Source: Candidatus Saccharimonadales bacterium (GTDB taxonomy: Bacteria; Patescibacteriota; Saccharimonadia; Saccharimonadales; JAXHNE01). Taken from it: a stretch of 64,000 bases of DNA. This document shows positions 9,390-19,704 of this stretch, piece by piece (position 1 is the stretch's first letter; each line of letters opens with the position of its first letter). Below the pieces are notes generated by a model, which did no database searches, was not told where the DNA came from, and saw only the letters and a program-made list of their open reading frames with translations. The stretch is from the NCBI GenBank assembly GCA_041600755.1, contig JBFIJL010000002.1, forward strand, positions 144,850 to 208,849, written 5' to 3'. Position numbers and translations under genes: made by a program.

Positions 9390-10931
9390 GTGGACCACTA
9401 TTCACAGTTGCGCAGTCGAATACGACTGATATTTGCAATTAGTGGAGCGGTAATTTTCGGTGTGGGATTTGGTACTTTCTGGCTCTTGGAACAGGTTGAG
9501 ATTGGCATGGTGTTTGCTGTGATATTCTCGTTAATTGCCGCATTCTTGGTGAGTATTGTCATCGGCGGCTTCATAACTGAACTTGCCATGTCACCACTTC
9601 ATGTTCTGTGGCAAGGCATAGTTCACGTCGCATCAAATTCACCATCTAGCGCAGCTCCTAGAACCCAACAACTGCGACTTGGTAGGGAACTAGTATCAAC
9701 GACACTATCCCAAATATATGAACTTGGTAGCGCTTCCAAAAATGGATCAAATGGAGGTGAAGAAAAGCGAAGTGCAATCGTCCAATCGGCAAATATCGTC
9801 AGCCATATGCCCCTGCCGCTATTTGTGTTTAATAAGGATTTGCTTGTCACAAATGCCAGCGATATCGGGCTAACGTACTGCAACCTTGAAAGTAGTCAAC
9901 TTTTTGGAAAGAAGCTTGACGAATCTATGAATATTGAGTTTCCGAGCGAAGAGACGCTGGACACCTGGATCGCTGACTGTATTGACAATAAAGTCACAGA
10001 CACCGGGCACTGGGAACGGGTGAGGATCGTAATTCCTGGCAAAACAAGTACGTATAAGCGCTGTGATATAGCCGCTTACTACAATAAAGATAATCCAAGC
10101 GGAACTGAGTTCATTGTAACAATGTTTGATCGTTCAGAACGCTATCAACAAGATGATAGCAGTATGAGTTTCATGGCGCTAGCGGTGCACGAACTGCGCA
10201 CACCACTTACTATGCTGCGAGGCTATATCGAGGTTCTGGTGGACGAACTAGAGCCGACAGTTAGTGATGAGCACAAAGAGTTTTTGAAAAAAATGGATCT
10301 ATCAGCCAAGCAATTGAATGCGTTTGTCGGAAATATCCTAAACGTATCCCGCGTTGATGAAAACGCACTTGTACTGCATCTCACAAAAGCCGATTGGAAA
10401 TCCGAGTTAAGTGAGATAGTCGAGCAACTTCGACCAAAAGCCGAAGTTCATGGTAAGAAAATCGAACTGCTCATTGCTGATAAATTACCAGAAGTAGGCA
10501 TAGATAAAATCAGCATGACTGAAGTTGTTGGCAACCTACTCGATAATGCCATCAAATACAGTGGCGAACAAAAACGAATTGTTATATCAACCGACCTCGG
10601 TCAAAACGGACTAGTAGAGACAACTGTACAAGATTTTGGGGTTGGCATCCCAGCCAGTGTTGTGCCGCACGTCTTCGAAAAATTCTACCGCAACCACCGG
10701 ACCAAAGGACAGGTTGGAGGTAGCGGCCTTGGCCTTTATCTCTCAAAGGCGCTCGTTAGCGCACACGGTGGACAGATATGGGTATCGTCAAAAGTCGATG
10801 AAGGCAGTACCTTCGGATTTTCTCTACTTCCGTATGAGCAACTGGCTGCAGAACAGAAGAGAACGGGCAACGACGCATTTACGCGTAACGCTGACGGCTG
10901 GATAAAAAATCATTCACTTTATAGAAGGTAA
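9390..10931 (+). CDS. sensor histidine kinase
   Basis: Two N-terminal TM segments. The H-box is AVHELRTPLT, with N, G1 and G2 boxes (DNAIKYS, DFGVGI, GSGLGL). GTG start with GGAG upstream. Confidence 0.85.
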   Translation: MDHYSQLRSRIRLIFAISGAVIFGVGFGTFWLLEQVEIGMVFAVIFSLIAAFLVSIVIGGFITELAMSPLHVLWQGIVHVASNSPSSAAPRTQQLRLGRELVSTTLSQIYELGSASKNGSNGGEEKRSAIVQSANIVSHMPLPLFVFNKDLLVTNASDIGLTYCNLESSQLFGKKLDESMNIEFPSEETLDTWIADCIDNKVTDTGHWERVRIVIPGKTSTYKRCDIAAYYNKDNPSGTEFIVTMFDRSERYQQDDSSMSFMALAVHELRTPLTMLRGYIEVLVDELEPTVSDEHKEFLKKMDLSAKQLNAFVGNILNVSRVDENALVLHLTKADWKSELSEIVEQLRPKAEVHGKKIELLIADKLPEVGIDKISMTEVVGNLLDNAIKYSGEQKRIVISTDLGQNGLVETTVQDFGVGIPASVVPHVFEKFYRNHRTKGQVGGSGLGLYLSKALVSAHGGQIWVSSKVDEGSTFGFSLLPYEQLAAEQKRTGNDAFTRNADGWIKNHSLYRR

Positions 10932-10946
10932 GGGTACACTAGAAGC

Positions 10947-11336
10947 ATGGAAGAAAATATACAACCAAACGGCAAAAAAATTCTCTGTATTGAAGACGAG
11001 CGATTCATTAGCGAACTTTACTATAGGGCACTCAATAAAGCTGGCTATGACACCACGATTGTAGTGGACGGCAACGACGCACTTCAGGCAGCACTTACTG
11101 ACACCTACGATATTATTTTGCTCGATATCATGATTCCATCGCTAACTGGTTTTGAAATTCTAAAGAAAATCCGCGGTGGCGACACACACTTAAAAGCCAA
11201 GGTTATTATCACGACTAACCTCGAGCAAGCCAAAGAAGACCGAGCAGAGATTGAAAAACAAGTAGACGGCTACATAATAAAAGCCGAAGTTACACCCAAA
11301 CAACTTGTCTCATTCCTAGAACAATTCAACCAGTAG
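10947..11336 (+). CDS. single-domain response regulator (receiver only)
   Basis: CIEDE, ILLDIMIP, ITTN and IIKAEV motifs are present. There is no output domain. Confidence 0.85.
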   Translation: MEENIQPNGKKILCIEDERFISELYYRALNKAGYDTTIVVDGNDALQAALTDTYDIILLDIMIPSLTGFEILKKIRGGDTHLKAKVIITTNLEQAKEDRAEIEKQVDGYIIKAEVTPKQLVSFLEQFNQ

Positions 11337-11450
11337 TCTTTGGGCGGGTAGTGACGCTTAATCACAGGCTCATTAATCGACAGCACGATATCGCCTTGCT
11401 ATAAGTATAAGCAGTTAATAGTGCAAACTTCAAAAACAAACTACTAGAGG

Positions 11451-13187
11451 ATGTCTATGCCAAAGAAGTTGAAAAAACCAAAAAGAACATCTATGTTCGG
11501 TTCTGTGAGCTTGAAATCAAAAAAAATGCTACTATTCGCTGCTGTATTTGGAGCAATAGGACTGTATATGATTGTCTTTAGCTCGGCAGCAACACCAGGA
11601 AGTTCTAGCAGCTGCAAGTATGAAGACCGCAGCTGTATGTATAACAGTCATCAAGGACACATTATGCGCCTATATAAAGGCACATTTAACAATTATGGCG
11701 ACAAGGGAGGGGTGGACTATTGGACAGGCGTTTACAAGAATGCGGGGTATGATCTATCCGAAGCTGGCCAGCATATAGTTTACTCAAATAGCAAAATTGC
11801 GAACATGGGCAAGGCTGACTTCGTGAAAGCCATGTACAGCAACTATTTAGGGCGAACACCGTCACAAAGTGATATCGCATATTGGAGTGGTGTCATGCCT
11901 AACAATACTGCTAAGCAAAAAGTCACAGTTATGTACAACATATCCCAGGGTACCGAGGCAACCAACCGCATACAGAAACCACTGAGCGACAAAATAATAT
12001 CATTCTATAACATTACTCCGACTCCAAAACCGGCACCTGCGCCAACACCACCACCAAGCGGGGGTTCAAGTGGAACAGTTACTACTAGCGAAGTAAAAAC
12101 AAACAGCCGATTGTCTAGCTGTGGCACCGATACGGCATGTATATACGGAACACGAGAAGGCCATATTTCTCGAATCTACTGGGCAATGTCAAAAACCGCC
12201 GGCGACAAAAACGGACTTGGATACTGGATGAGCAAGTATAATTCTTCGTCAAATCAAGTTGGAGCATGGATGCTGGAAACAGATGGCGGACGCGCCCTTC
12301 GCAACATGTCATCTGATGATTTTGTAAAGCGATTATACCTAAACTTTACCGGAAGGAATGCTGATAGCAGCGGACTAGCGTACTGGAAAGCCCGAATTGG
12401 ATCAGGTAGCACCAACGACAGAGCGAAGCTCATACTGCATTTTTCCGAGACAACAGAATCAAAGAATTATGCGCAGGTTACCATCGCAAACAGCCTGCGA
12501 GGCCATTATGGAACTAGCAGCTCCACCCCTCCAGAGGTTCAAGTTGGATACGAATCCGCACCCGCTGATGTAATAAACAATCCAGCACCTGCTGCAGTCG
12601 CAGCCACTCCACCTCCATCAAAACCAGCCCTAACAGCTGGCTGCCCAAGTGACATAAACAGCCGACCTACACTACGAAGCGGTTCAAACCACGCCTGCGT
12701 AAGCTATCTGCAGCGGATGCTCAACTATCGCAATAATGCAGGGCTGCCAGGTACAGTAGTGTTTGGCCCAAGCACAGCCAGCGCAGTTAAGGCCTACCAG
12801 CAAAGATTTGGATTATCTGCCGACAGTATCGTAGGTAAGCAAACTTGGACTCACCTTGAGACGAATCAGGTTGTTTCTGTAGGCACTACGGGGTCTAGCA
12901 GTGGAAGCAGCTCGGCTGCTTCCAGTCGTACAGCGCGTACAGCAGCAGTCTCGAGTCAACCGTCTGCCTCGACTAGCAACAGCAGCCTGGGCGGCACAAT
13001 AAATAATACATTTGACAACCTTACGAATTACACAATCAATCAATACAAACTCAGTCAACTTTCCAGCGCGCTGTCACGATCATCTCGTACCGCCAAGCTA
13101 CTGCTGAGCGTATCAAATGGATGCTCTCCGGTAACCGGCATGCGAACTATATATGTTCAAGGCGTAATGACACTAGAAATATGCTAA
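11451..13187 (+). CDS. secreted protein with two DUF4214-like repeats and a peptidoglycan-binding (PG_binding_1-like) domain
   Basis: Has a signal/TM segment and a repeated Y..YLGR.....G..YW motif. It also carries VKAYQQRFGLSADSIVGKQTW. Confidence 0.65.
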   Translation: MSMPKKLKKPKRTSMFGSVSLKSKKMLLFAAVFGAIGLYMIVFSSAATPGSSSSCKYEDRSCMYNSHQGHIMRLYKGTFNNYGDKGGVDYWTGVYKNAGYDLSEAGQHIVYSNSKIANMGKADFVKAMYSNYLGRTPSQSDIAYWSGVMPNNTAKQKVTVMYNISQGTEATNRIQKPLSDKIISFYNITPTPKPAPAPTPPPSGGSSGTVTTSEVKTNSRLSSCGTDTACIYGTREGHISRIYWAMSKTAGDKNGLGYWMSKYNSSSNQVGAWMLETDGGRALRNMSSDDFVKRLYLNFTGRNADSSGLAYWKARIGSGSTNDRAKLILHFSETTESKNYAQVTIANSLRGHYGTSSSTPPEVQVGYESAPADVINNPAPAAVAATPPPSKPALTAGCPSDINSRPTLRSGSNHACVSYLQRMLNYRNNAGLPGTVVFGPSTASAVKAYQQRFGLSADSIVGKQTWTHLETNQVVSVGTTGSSSGSSSAASSRTARTAAVSSQPSASTSNSSLGGTINNTFDNLTNYTINQYKLSQLSSALSRSSRTAKLLLSVSNGCSPVTGMRTIYVQGVMTLEIC

Positions 13188-13207
13188 ACAAATAAAAGGA
13201 CAACTCT

Positions 13208-13672
13208 ATGCAACCACAATCATTCAACACTCCAAATAACAACAAAAGAACTTCAGGGAGGCTAGTCCGATCGTTATTAATTATCCTTGTTATTGCGATT
13301 GTCTACTGCGCCGGGTTCTTCACTCCAAAAGTACTCAACTACAAAAAATACACTCAAGCCGAATCTGTAGCTCAAGACTTTATCCAAAAACTTACTGCCG
13401 GAGATTACGCCTCAGCCATAGAAATGGGGGATAACGACTTTAAAGAACAGTACCCTAATGAGGACGCTCTCAAAGAGACGACTGGCGACGTAAAAAGCGA
13501 CAACATCGAAGTTACTGACACCTCTAGCTTTAAGGTTGATGACTTCTACTTGTATCGTCAAGTCGTGGACGGACTACCGGAGAATCCAGCAGGACTCACT
13601 GATGGAATGTTTGAAGTCACAGTCCTACGAGTAGAAGGAGAATGGAAAGTCTCGACAGTCAAAGTATTGTAG
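13208..13672 (+). CDS. hypothetical membrane-anchored protein
   Basis: A 154-aa ORF with an N-terminal TM segment and no known motif. Confidence 0.5.
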   Translation: MQPQSFNTPNNNKRTSGRLVRSLLIILVIAIVYCAGFFTPKVLNYKKYTQAESVAQDFIQKLTAGDYASAIEMGDNDFKEQYPNEDALKETTGDVKSDNIEVTDTSSFKVDDFYLYRQVVDGLPENPAGLTDGMFEVTVLRVEGEWKVSTVKVL

Positions 13673-13889
13673 GTTGGCGAGTTGAATCTTTGAGTCGGCT
13701 TGCAGGCGTACTGTATAATAATACATAGCAATGTAGGTACTTGAGCACGCTCATTTCCACGTACAAGCTTCATACACCCATCTTCTCGGCATGGCACAGT
13801 CAGGCGGGGATGATCACTCCAAACCAGTCGTATAAATACTTCGGTGACGCGACCACCAACCTCTCTTAATTCTCCTTGGAGTTTATTCT

Positions 13890-14234
13890 ATGTATTACGA
13901 AAACCCTCAGGGCGTCGCCGTTCACGATGGCTTCCCGAATGCCGCCACCGACACGGCCATTCAAACCCTAGACCTCAATAAATTGTTAATCAAAAACAGC
14001 GTCAGTACCTACTTTTTCCGCGCCGGCAGCGATGACTGGGCGAGTCATAACATACTGGCTAGCGACCTGCTAATTATCGACCGCGCGCACCCAGCTGGCA
14101 AAAACATGCTGGTTGTATGGTGGAATGAAGAAAGCTTTGGCCTATCCACACGCTCCCGGGTGCCAGCAGGGAGGCAAGTCTGGGGCACGCTTGTGGGCGT
14201 TGTTCGACAATACGGAGTGGCAACTCATGGCTAG
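13890..14234 (+). CDS. umuD: UmuD-like S24-family protein lacking the catalytic Ser/Lys dyad
   Basis: DGFPNAATD...[19 protein letters not shown]...SDLLIIDR aligns by eye with E. coli UmuD (CGFPSPAAD...IDLNQLLIQHPSATYFVKA...GDLLIVDS). The gene overlaps umuC by 8 nt. Confidence 0.7.
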   Translation: MYYENPQGVAVHDGFPNAATDTAIQTLDLNKLLIKNSVSTYFFRAGSDDWASHNILASDLLIIDRAHPAGKNMLVVWWNEESFGLSTRSRVPAGRQVWGTLVGVVRQYGVATHG

Positions 14235-15513
14235 GCCGCTAGTAGCCTTGATTGACTGCAATAACTTCTTTGTCAGCTGTGAGCGACTGTTCAGGCCAGA
14301 CCTGGAAGGCAAGCCAGTCGTAGTGCTCAGCAACAACGATGGCTGTGCAGTGGCGCGTAGCAACGAAGCTAAAGCGCTGGGGATCCCTATGGGCGCGCCA
14401 GTCTTCAAGTTTCGTGAAGTATTTGAACGCAATAAAATTGTTCGATTTAGCGCAAACTTCGAACTTTACGGTGATATCTCACGGCGCATCACCGACGTAC
14501 TTGCCACGATCACGCCGCATCTCGAAGTCTACTCAATTGATGAGTCATTTTTAGACCTTAGCGAACTGCACATAACAGATTACGAAGCATGGGGCAGGGC
14601 AGTCCGTCAAAACATCCTAGACTGGATTGGCATTCCCGTATCTATTGGCATTGCTCCCACCAAAACTCTTGCCAAAGTTGCCGTAGACCGTGCTAAAAAA
14701 GACACCGGAAGCAGCGGCGTATTCAGCTTTGAAGCCATCCCTAAAGAGGAGCGGGACGCCGCTCTAAAGCGTACGCCTATCGAATCCGTCTGGGGTGTTG
14801 GCAGAAAGTTTGCGCCCAAACTTAAATCTTTTGGCGTCATGAACGCACTAGACTACAGCCGCATGAACCCGCGCCTGGCCCAAAAACACTTGAGTATTCG
14901 CGGCCGACAAACAATTACTGAGCTTCAGGGCGTACCGTGCTTCAAGCTAGAGCTCGAATCGCGCGTGAGAAAAAGCATTGCCCGCACCCGTACATTTGGA
15001 AGCGATACCAGCCACAAAGAAGACCTCCAGGCGGCGCTCGCTAACTTTGTGCACGCTGCCAGCTTCCGCCTAAGAACTAGTCACCTGCGAGCTCAGAATT
15101 TGTCAATATTCGTCACCACTAACCGATTCAAACCCGGCTATCAGTCGTGGCATCGCGAAATAAAGTTCAACACTCCAACCGCCGACACTGGCCAGCTCAT
15201 CGAAAGCGCCATTAAGCTACTTGATGATTGTTACCAATCTGGCCAAACCTACCACCGAGCCGGCGTGCTCCTGTGGGGGTTTACGCCCGATTCTGTTGTG
15301 CAAACTGACCTTTTTGGCCAGCTCAACATCACCCAAGATGCGACCACCACTAACAGGCTGCGCAGCTTAGATCTCATCAACGAGCGCTACGGCCGACGAA
15401 CCATCCGCTACGCCACCGAACTGCTCGGTACCTCACATGAATCAAAACAATCCATCCGTAGCCCGCGCTACGTAAGCGACTGGGGCGAACTCCCAACTGT
15501 TACAATGAGCTAA
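14227..15513 (+). CDS. umuC: Y-family DNA polymerase (UmuC-like)
   Basis: [31 protein letters not shown] plus SIDESFLD motifs. The ATG at 14227 ([10 protein letters not shown]) is preferred over ORF-track 14113. Confidence 0.9.
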   Translation: MARPLVALIDCNNFFVSCERLFRPDLEGKPVVVLSNNDGCAVARSNEAKALGIPMGAPVFKFREVFERNKIVRFSANFELYGDISRRITDVLATITPHLEVYSIDESFLDLSELHITDYEAWGRAVRQNILDWIGIPVSIGIAPTKTLAKVAVDRAKKDTGSSGVFSFEAIPKEERDAALKRTPIESVWGVGRKFAPKLKSFGVMNALDYSRMNPRLAQKHLSIRGRQTITELQGVPCFKLELESRVRKSIARTRTFGSDTSHKEDLQAALANFVHAASFRLRTSHLRAQNLSIFVTTNRFKPGYQSWHREIKFNTPTADTGQLIESAIKLLDDCYQSGQTYHRAGVLLWGFTPDSVVQTDLFGQLNITQDATTTNRLRSLDLINERYGRRTIRYATELLGTSHESKQSIRSPRYVSDWGELPTVTMS

Positions 15514-15941
15514 TGAGATTACACATTGTTACTGTTGGCAAGCCAAAGAAAGCCTACGCCCAGGAGGGCTTCGCCATGTTTACAGATCGACTAAATAAAC
15601 TGCACGATCTACGCACAACGCACATTCCAGATAAACACAATGACGCCGATCACATTCTGGCGGCAACCAACAAGTCCTATCGTGTTTCACTCATAATCAA
15701 TGGACCGCAATTAACCAGCGAAGAACTAGCTGGTTTTATGAAAAAACGTGAGCTGGAGGCCAGGGAGGTGAGCTTTATAATTGGTGGACCGGATGGATTG
15801 CCGACAGAAGTCATCGAAGCCTCTGATGCAACGCTAGGCTTTTCTAAACTTACATTCCCACACGACCTCGCTATGGTTATACTGGCCGAAACACTCTATC
15901 GCTCAAGTAGCATAAATGTCGGCCACCCATACCATCACTAA
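15513..15941 (+). CDS. rlmH: 23S rRNA (pseudouridine1915-N3)-methyltransferase
   Basis: SPOUT fold motifs FIIGGPDGL and TFPHDL. The start overlaps the umuC stop. Confidence 0.9.
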   Translation: MRLHIVTVGKPKKAYAQEGFAMFTDRLNKLHDLRTTHIPDKHNDADHILAATNKSYRVSLIINGPQLTSEELAGFMKKRELEAREVSFIIGGPDGLPTEVIEASDATLGFSKLTFPHDLAMVILAETLYRSSSINVGHPYHH

Positions 15942-15944
15942 AAA

Positions 15945-16532
15945 CTATTCAGAAGTCGTGAATTCAAAAACTGGAATATCGCCAGCCGCTTCTGCATCTT
16001 CGAAATAGCTCAAGTATTCTTCGGCACGGTAAAGACCGCCATCGCCAAACATGCGAGCTGCAACACCGTTTACTTCAAATTCGACTGTTGCTATCACGCT
16101 CGATGGGTCAGTAAATGCATTGTCAATAATTTGATCGCAAGACTGGTCGTCAGCAACATCCAAATGTTCGCTAATGTGACGCAAGCGGGTTAGTTTATCC
16201 TGTGCAATTGTGCCACCATGAGTTCGAGTGGTCACTACATCTGCCTCTATTGATAGCACCTTGCCACGAGATGTCGTATCTTGGCAGCCCAGCTTCACCC
16301 CTGCAACAACATCAGCATCAAAAGTATCGTCAACAAGACCTGCAACGAAAAAATCAGGCTCCGTCGGAAACTCTTCATTTAATCCACCAGATGCAGCAAA
16401 GACACCAAAGCCAATTGCTCCCGCCGCCGCAATGGAGCCTGCAATTAGCGACGCCTTACTTCTGCGTCTTCCGTTTTGATCGTACTGATCATGTGAGTCA
16501 TGCTCAGGATATAAATCATAGACCTTGCTCAT
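15945..16532 (-). CDS. hypothetical membrane-anchored protein
   Basis: A 195-aa ORF with one TM segment. TATAAT and GGAG lie upstream on the minus strand. Confidence 0.5.
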   Translation of the reverse strand: MSKVYDLYPEHDSHDQYDQNGRRRSKASLIAGSIAAAGAIGFGVFAASGGLNEEFPTEPDFFVAGLVDDTFDADVVAGVKLGCQDTTSRGKVLSIEADVVTTRTHGGTIAQDKLTRLRHISEHLDVADDQSCDQIIDNAFTDPSSVIATVEFEVNGVAARMFGDGGLYRAEEYLSYFEDAEAAGDIPVFEFTTSE

Positions 16533-16743
16533 GAGCTAACTCCTTGTTTACTTCTATTACGATTATACTATATTTTAGACTATAAATCAATCTATCTAAG
16601 TGCCTGTCAGCAATAGAGTGCCATCCATCCACATTCACTCTTTATGGCCCCGCAGACTCTTAGATCCCTGAAGTTTGCGAATTTTGAGTCTTTCGACTTT
16701 TTGGCTTTTTTAATTCTCAAGTGGCTCTTGCCAATAAGAATAA

Positions 16744-17121
16744 TCAGTTAAGCGCCACCACCAGGAATACAATCGCCAGAACTAAAGAAATCGGCACCAT
16801 AACGGCGCGCTCCTTCTTGCTTCTGGATATAAGATTCATGGCGACACCTAGCATGAAATAGCCCGTAAAAGCCCACATGCCATTATTCAAAACACTCTGA
16901 TTGGTGACGACATTCACTAAATCTGCTTTTGAAACCAAAAAAGAAGCGAAAACTCCGTACAAAGCAATTGCCAACACACTGCCGAGCCTCAGCTTAACCG
17001 GCAGCACTTTGTGTTGGCCGCCCCAAGCAAACTCTCCATAGGGTCTACCCATTACCAGTAAAATCTGAAATACCGTTAGTCCCAACAGTATAAACAGTCC
17101 AGCGTACGTCAATATATTCAT
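16744..17121 (-). CDS. small integral membrane protein
   Basis: 125 aa with four predicted hydrophobic helices. Confidence 0.5.
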   Translation of the reverse strand: MNILTYAGLFILLGLTVFQILLVMGRPYGEFAWGGQHKVLPVKLRLGSVLAIALYGVFASFLVSKADLVNVVTNQSVLNNGMWAFTGYFMLGVAMNLISRSKKERAVMVPISLVLAIVFLVVALN

Positions 17122-17266
17122 CCCACTAATGATACATCAATAAATTTGTTGGGTTCGGCTCAGCCATAAACAATAATGCCAACTATCATCACAGACTGAA
17201 GTGCCAGCCAAAGTGTAATTTTGATTCTTTCTTTAAATGGAGACACTACTCACAAAAATATTTTTC

Positions 17267-17289
17267 GTGGTGATCCCGAGGGGAATCGA
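17267..17289. repeat. orphan copy of the tRNA-Glu 3' end (att-like, left island boundary)
   Basis: GTGGTGATCCCGAGGGGAATCGA is identical to 21857-21879 and in the same orientation. Confidence 0.85.
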
Positions 17290-17494
17290 CCTGCATTCTG
17301 CAGGCCCGAAACTTCATTCTTGGCAACAAGTTGCCAGAAGAAGGTTTCCTTGCGAAATGCCGCTGGCATTCCTCACCCAAATAATGCTCCAGCTCTCGTT
17401 GCATCAATAAATCTCCAATACCGATCGTAGTTTCAAACAATCGCACAACCTGGTACAGGGCAGCCTCAATAGCAGACCACAACGCGCGCAAACT

Positions 17495-17956
17495 TTACGA
17501 CCGAATGTTGGCTATGCGCTCTTTTGCATGTGCCAACATATCCACTTTAAGGCCGTCATAAAGCTTGTCTTTATCACTCCTTTGATTAGAAATAGGCTCT
17601 ATGTTTTTAATAACTCGTCGATCTGGTTTTGCGTTTATAAATTGTGTAATCATATCTTCAACTTTATTTGGACTGGTTGTGCGACTAGCTACTATTATGT
17701 TCGCTTCAAGCAGCCTCTCTACACTCTGCAGAACACGAGTATCGCTCATTAGGATTATGAGCTTCAGCGGTTCAGCTAACTTAACTAGTTCATTATCTGA
17801 CAGCTTCTCAGCCGCTTCGTGATTAACGAGCAGTACTTCACATCCGTCTGATACCCTGTAGCCAAGTGGGTCGGCAAAAGTAGAAACTGTGTAATTTTGC
17901 TTGTGGAGAAAATATTCCGCTAAATAATTTTCATTTTCAATTATAATAATGTTCAT
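17495..17956 (-). CDS. receiver-like (pseudo-receiver) protein
   Basis: Receiver-like beta-alpha pattern (MNIIIIENEN.., EVLLVNHE, LIILMSD). Asn sits where the phospho-accepting Asp is expected, by eye. Confidence 0.45.
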   Translation of the reverse strand: MNIIIIENENYLAEYFLHKQNYTVSTFADPLGYRVSDGCEVLLVNHEAAEKLSDNELVKLAEPLKLIILMSDTRVLQSVERLLEANIIVASRTTSPNKVEDMITQFINAKPDRRVIKNIEPISNQRSDKDKLYDGLKVDMLAHAKERIANIRS

Positions 17957-17982
17957 AAGTCGTATTATACGTAAGGATATTC

Positions 17983-19704
17983 ATGAAAGCCAAAGATTAT
18001 AAAAACTGGATACTCCACTATGCTAAAAAGCAATGGTATCTAATTGCCGCATCCTCAATCATCGCCTTAGGTATGGTTGGGCTTCAGCTAGCCTCTCCGA
18101 TTCCATTAAAAATTCTTATCGATAATGTATTCGGTGCAGAGAAGCTAACCTGGTTATTTTCAGGCTCAAAATCAGGTAAAGACTTGCTTCCATATGTGGC
18201 GGCGTCTTTCATTGGAATTGTGCTAGTAAGAGAACTTTACTCTGTATTCCAACAATACACCTTTAGATTATTCTCTCAGCTGGTTGATAAACGGGTACTG
18301 AGAGACATCTATAAGCGAATCACACAAATTCCAGAGCACAGTACGTCCAAAAAGAGTCCTGGTGAATACATATTTGCAGCAACGAATGAAAGCCAGCAAA
18401 TTTCTCAATTAATATTAGTTAGCCTCGTCACCATAATCGGCTCAATTTTAACAATAATTGCAATCGGCACATTACTATTCAAGCAAGATAAAAACCTCAC
18501 GCTGCTTTCTTTGTCAGTGTTCATACCTGCAATAATTCTAGTCGCATTCGTATCAAGAAAACTGGATAAAGTATCTCAAAAAACCGAAGACACCCACTCT
18601 AAACTATTCGATATCATTAGTGAGGGAATCCACAAGATGCGACTGATACACTTATTTGTTTTAGAAAAAACACAGCTAAAACGGATTGAATCTATGGTCG
18701 CAATACGCAACAAGAACGCAAGATCCCAGACAATGACCCAATCAACCCTGAGTGGCTTGGATGAGATTATATTAGGTGTTTCAACTGCAATTGTTGTTTA
18801 CGTTGGAGGTGTACGCGTTTTTGACGGAGCACTAAGCCTGGGGGACCTCCTTTTGTTCATGGCTTATCTTGGCTTTCTATACGATCCTTTTGCCGCTATA
18901 GTCAGCAGCATCGGGGAGTCGCTCTCTCAAATGTCCGCAATCCGACAAGCTTTCGAAACAACTCAGTACACCGAGCAGGCACCTCAATCAGACAAACCAG
19001 ATCTCGTAATAAGCAAGGGGAGCGTTGAGATAGACGGCCTGACTGTTATGCGCGGTCAGACTACAATCCTTGACTCTATTAATCTAGAGATAAAGCCGGG
19101 CGAATTTATCGCAATAATTGGCCCAAGCGGTTCAGGAAAATCCACCCTGATTAATGCACTCCTAAGGTTTACCGACATGACTGCAGGGCGTATAAAAATA
19201 GATGGTCAGGATATCATGCAGGTAAACGAGCAGAGTCTTAGAAAATCGATTAGTGTCGTCGACCAAGAGCCTGACCTGCTGTCCTTAAGTATCGACGAGA
19301 ATATTGCCATCCACGACATAGAGCGACCGAACCACCTGCCCGACAGCATGAAAGGAGCCTTGTTTGCCGAGCTACAGGATTTTGTAGAAGATCGAGAAAA
19401 TAGATATCAGTCACAGATAAATCCCGACTCCGTTAGTGGAGGTCAACGACAGAGGCTAGGTCTCGCGCGTGCATACTATAAAGATTCACTAGTTTACATC
19501 ATGGATGAACCGACTAGTGCACTCGACGACCATACAAAAACCACAATCGCAAGAAACATCGTTGAGTACCTTGCTGGCACGTCCCGAATTGTCGTTACCC
19601 ACGATCTAGGCCTGATAAAATACGCTGACAGAGTCCTAATGTGCAAAGATAAGACCCTGGTGGACATAACTGGCTCAACCAATATCGAGGAACTCCTGAA
19701 ATGA
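17983..19704 (+). CDS. ABC exporter, fused permease and ATPase (MsbA/type I exporter architecture)
   Basis: Six-TM N-terminal half. Walker A is GPSGSGKST, the signature is VSGGQRQRLGLARA, and Walker B is LVYIMDEPTSALD. Confidence 0.9.
   Translation: MKAKDYKNWILHYAKKQWYLIAASSIIALGMVGLQLASPIPLKILIDNVFGAEKLTWLFSGSKSGKDLLPYVAASFIGIVLVRELYSVFQQYTFRLFSQLVDKRVLRDIYKRITQIPEHSTSKKSPGEYIFAATNESQQISQLILVSLVTIIGSILTIIAIGTLLFKQDKNLTLLSLSVFIPAIILVAFVSRKLDKVSQKTEDTHSKLFDIISEGIHKMRLIHLFVLEKTQLKRIESMVAIRNKNARSQTMTQSTLSGLDEIILGVSTAIVVYVGGVRVFDGALSLGDLLLFMAYLGFLYDPFAAIVSSIGESLSQMSAIRQAFETTQYTEQAPQSDKPDLVISKGSVEIDGLTVMRGQTTILDSINLEIKPGEFIAIIGPSGSGKSTLINALLRFTDMTAGRIKIDGQDIMQVNEQSLRKSISVVDQEPDLLSLSIDENIAIHDIERPNHLPDSMKGALFAELQDFVEDRENRYQSQINPDSVSGGQRQRLGLARAYYKDSLVYIMDEPTSALDDHTKTTIARNIVEYLAGTSRIVVTHDLGLIKYADRVLMCKDKTLVDITGSTNIEELLK

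Noticed and set aside
17246-17491. The 81-aa ORF crossing the left att-like repeat as a remnant of the island integrase.
   Set aside because: No tyrosine-recombinase C-terminal pattern (HxLRH...LGH...Y) appears in this or the other two frames. The ORF starts with TTG and reads through the tRNA fragment, so it is probably non-coding.
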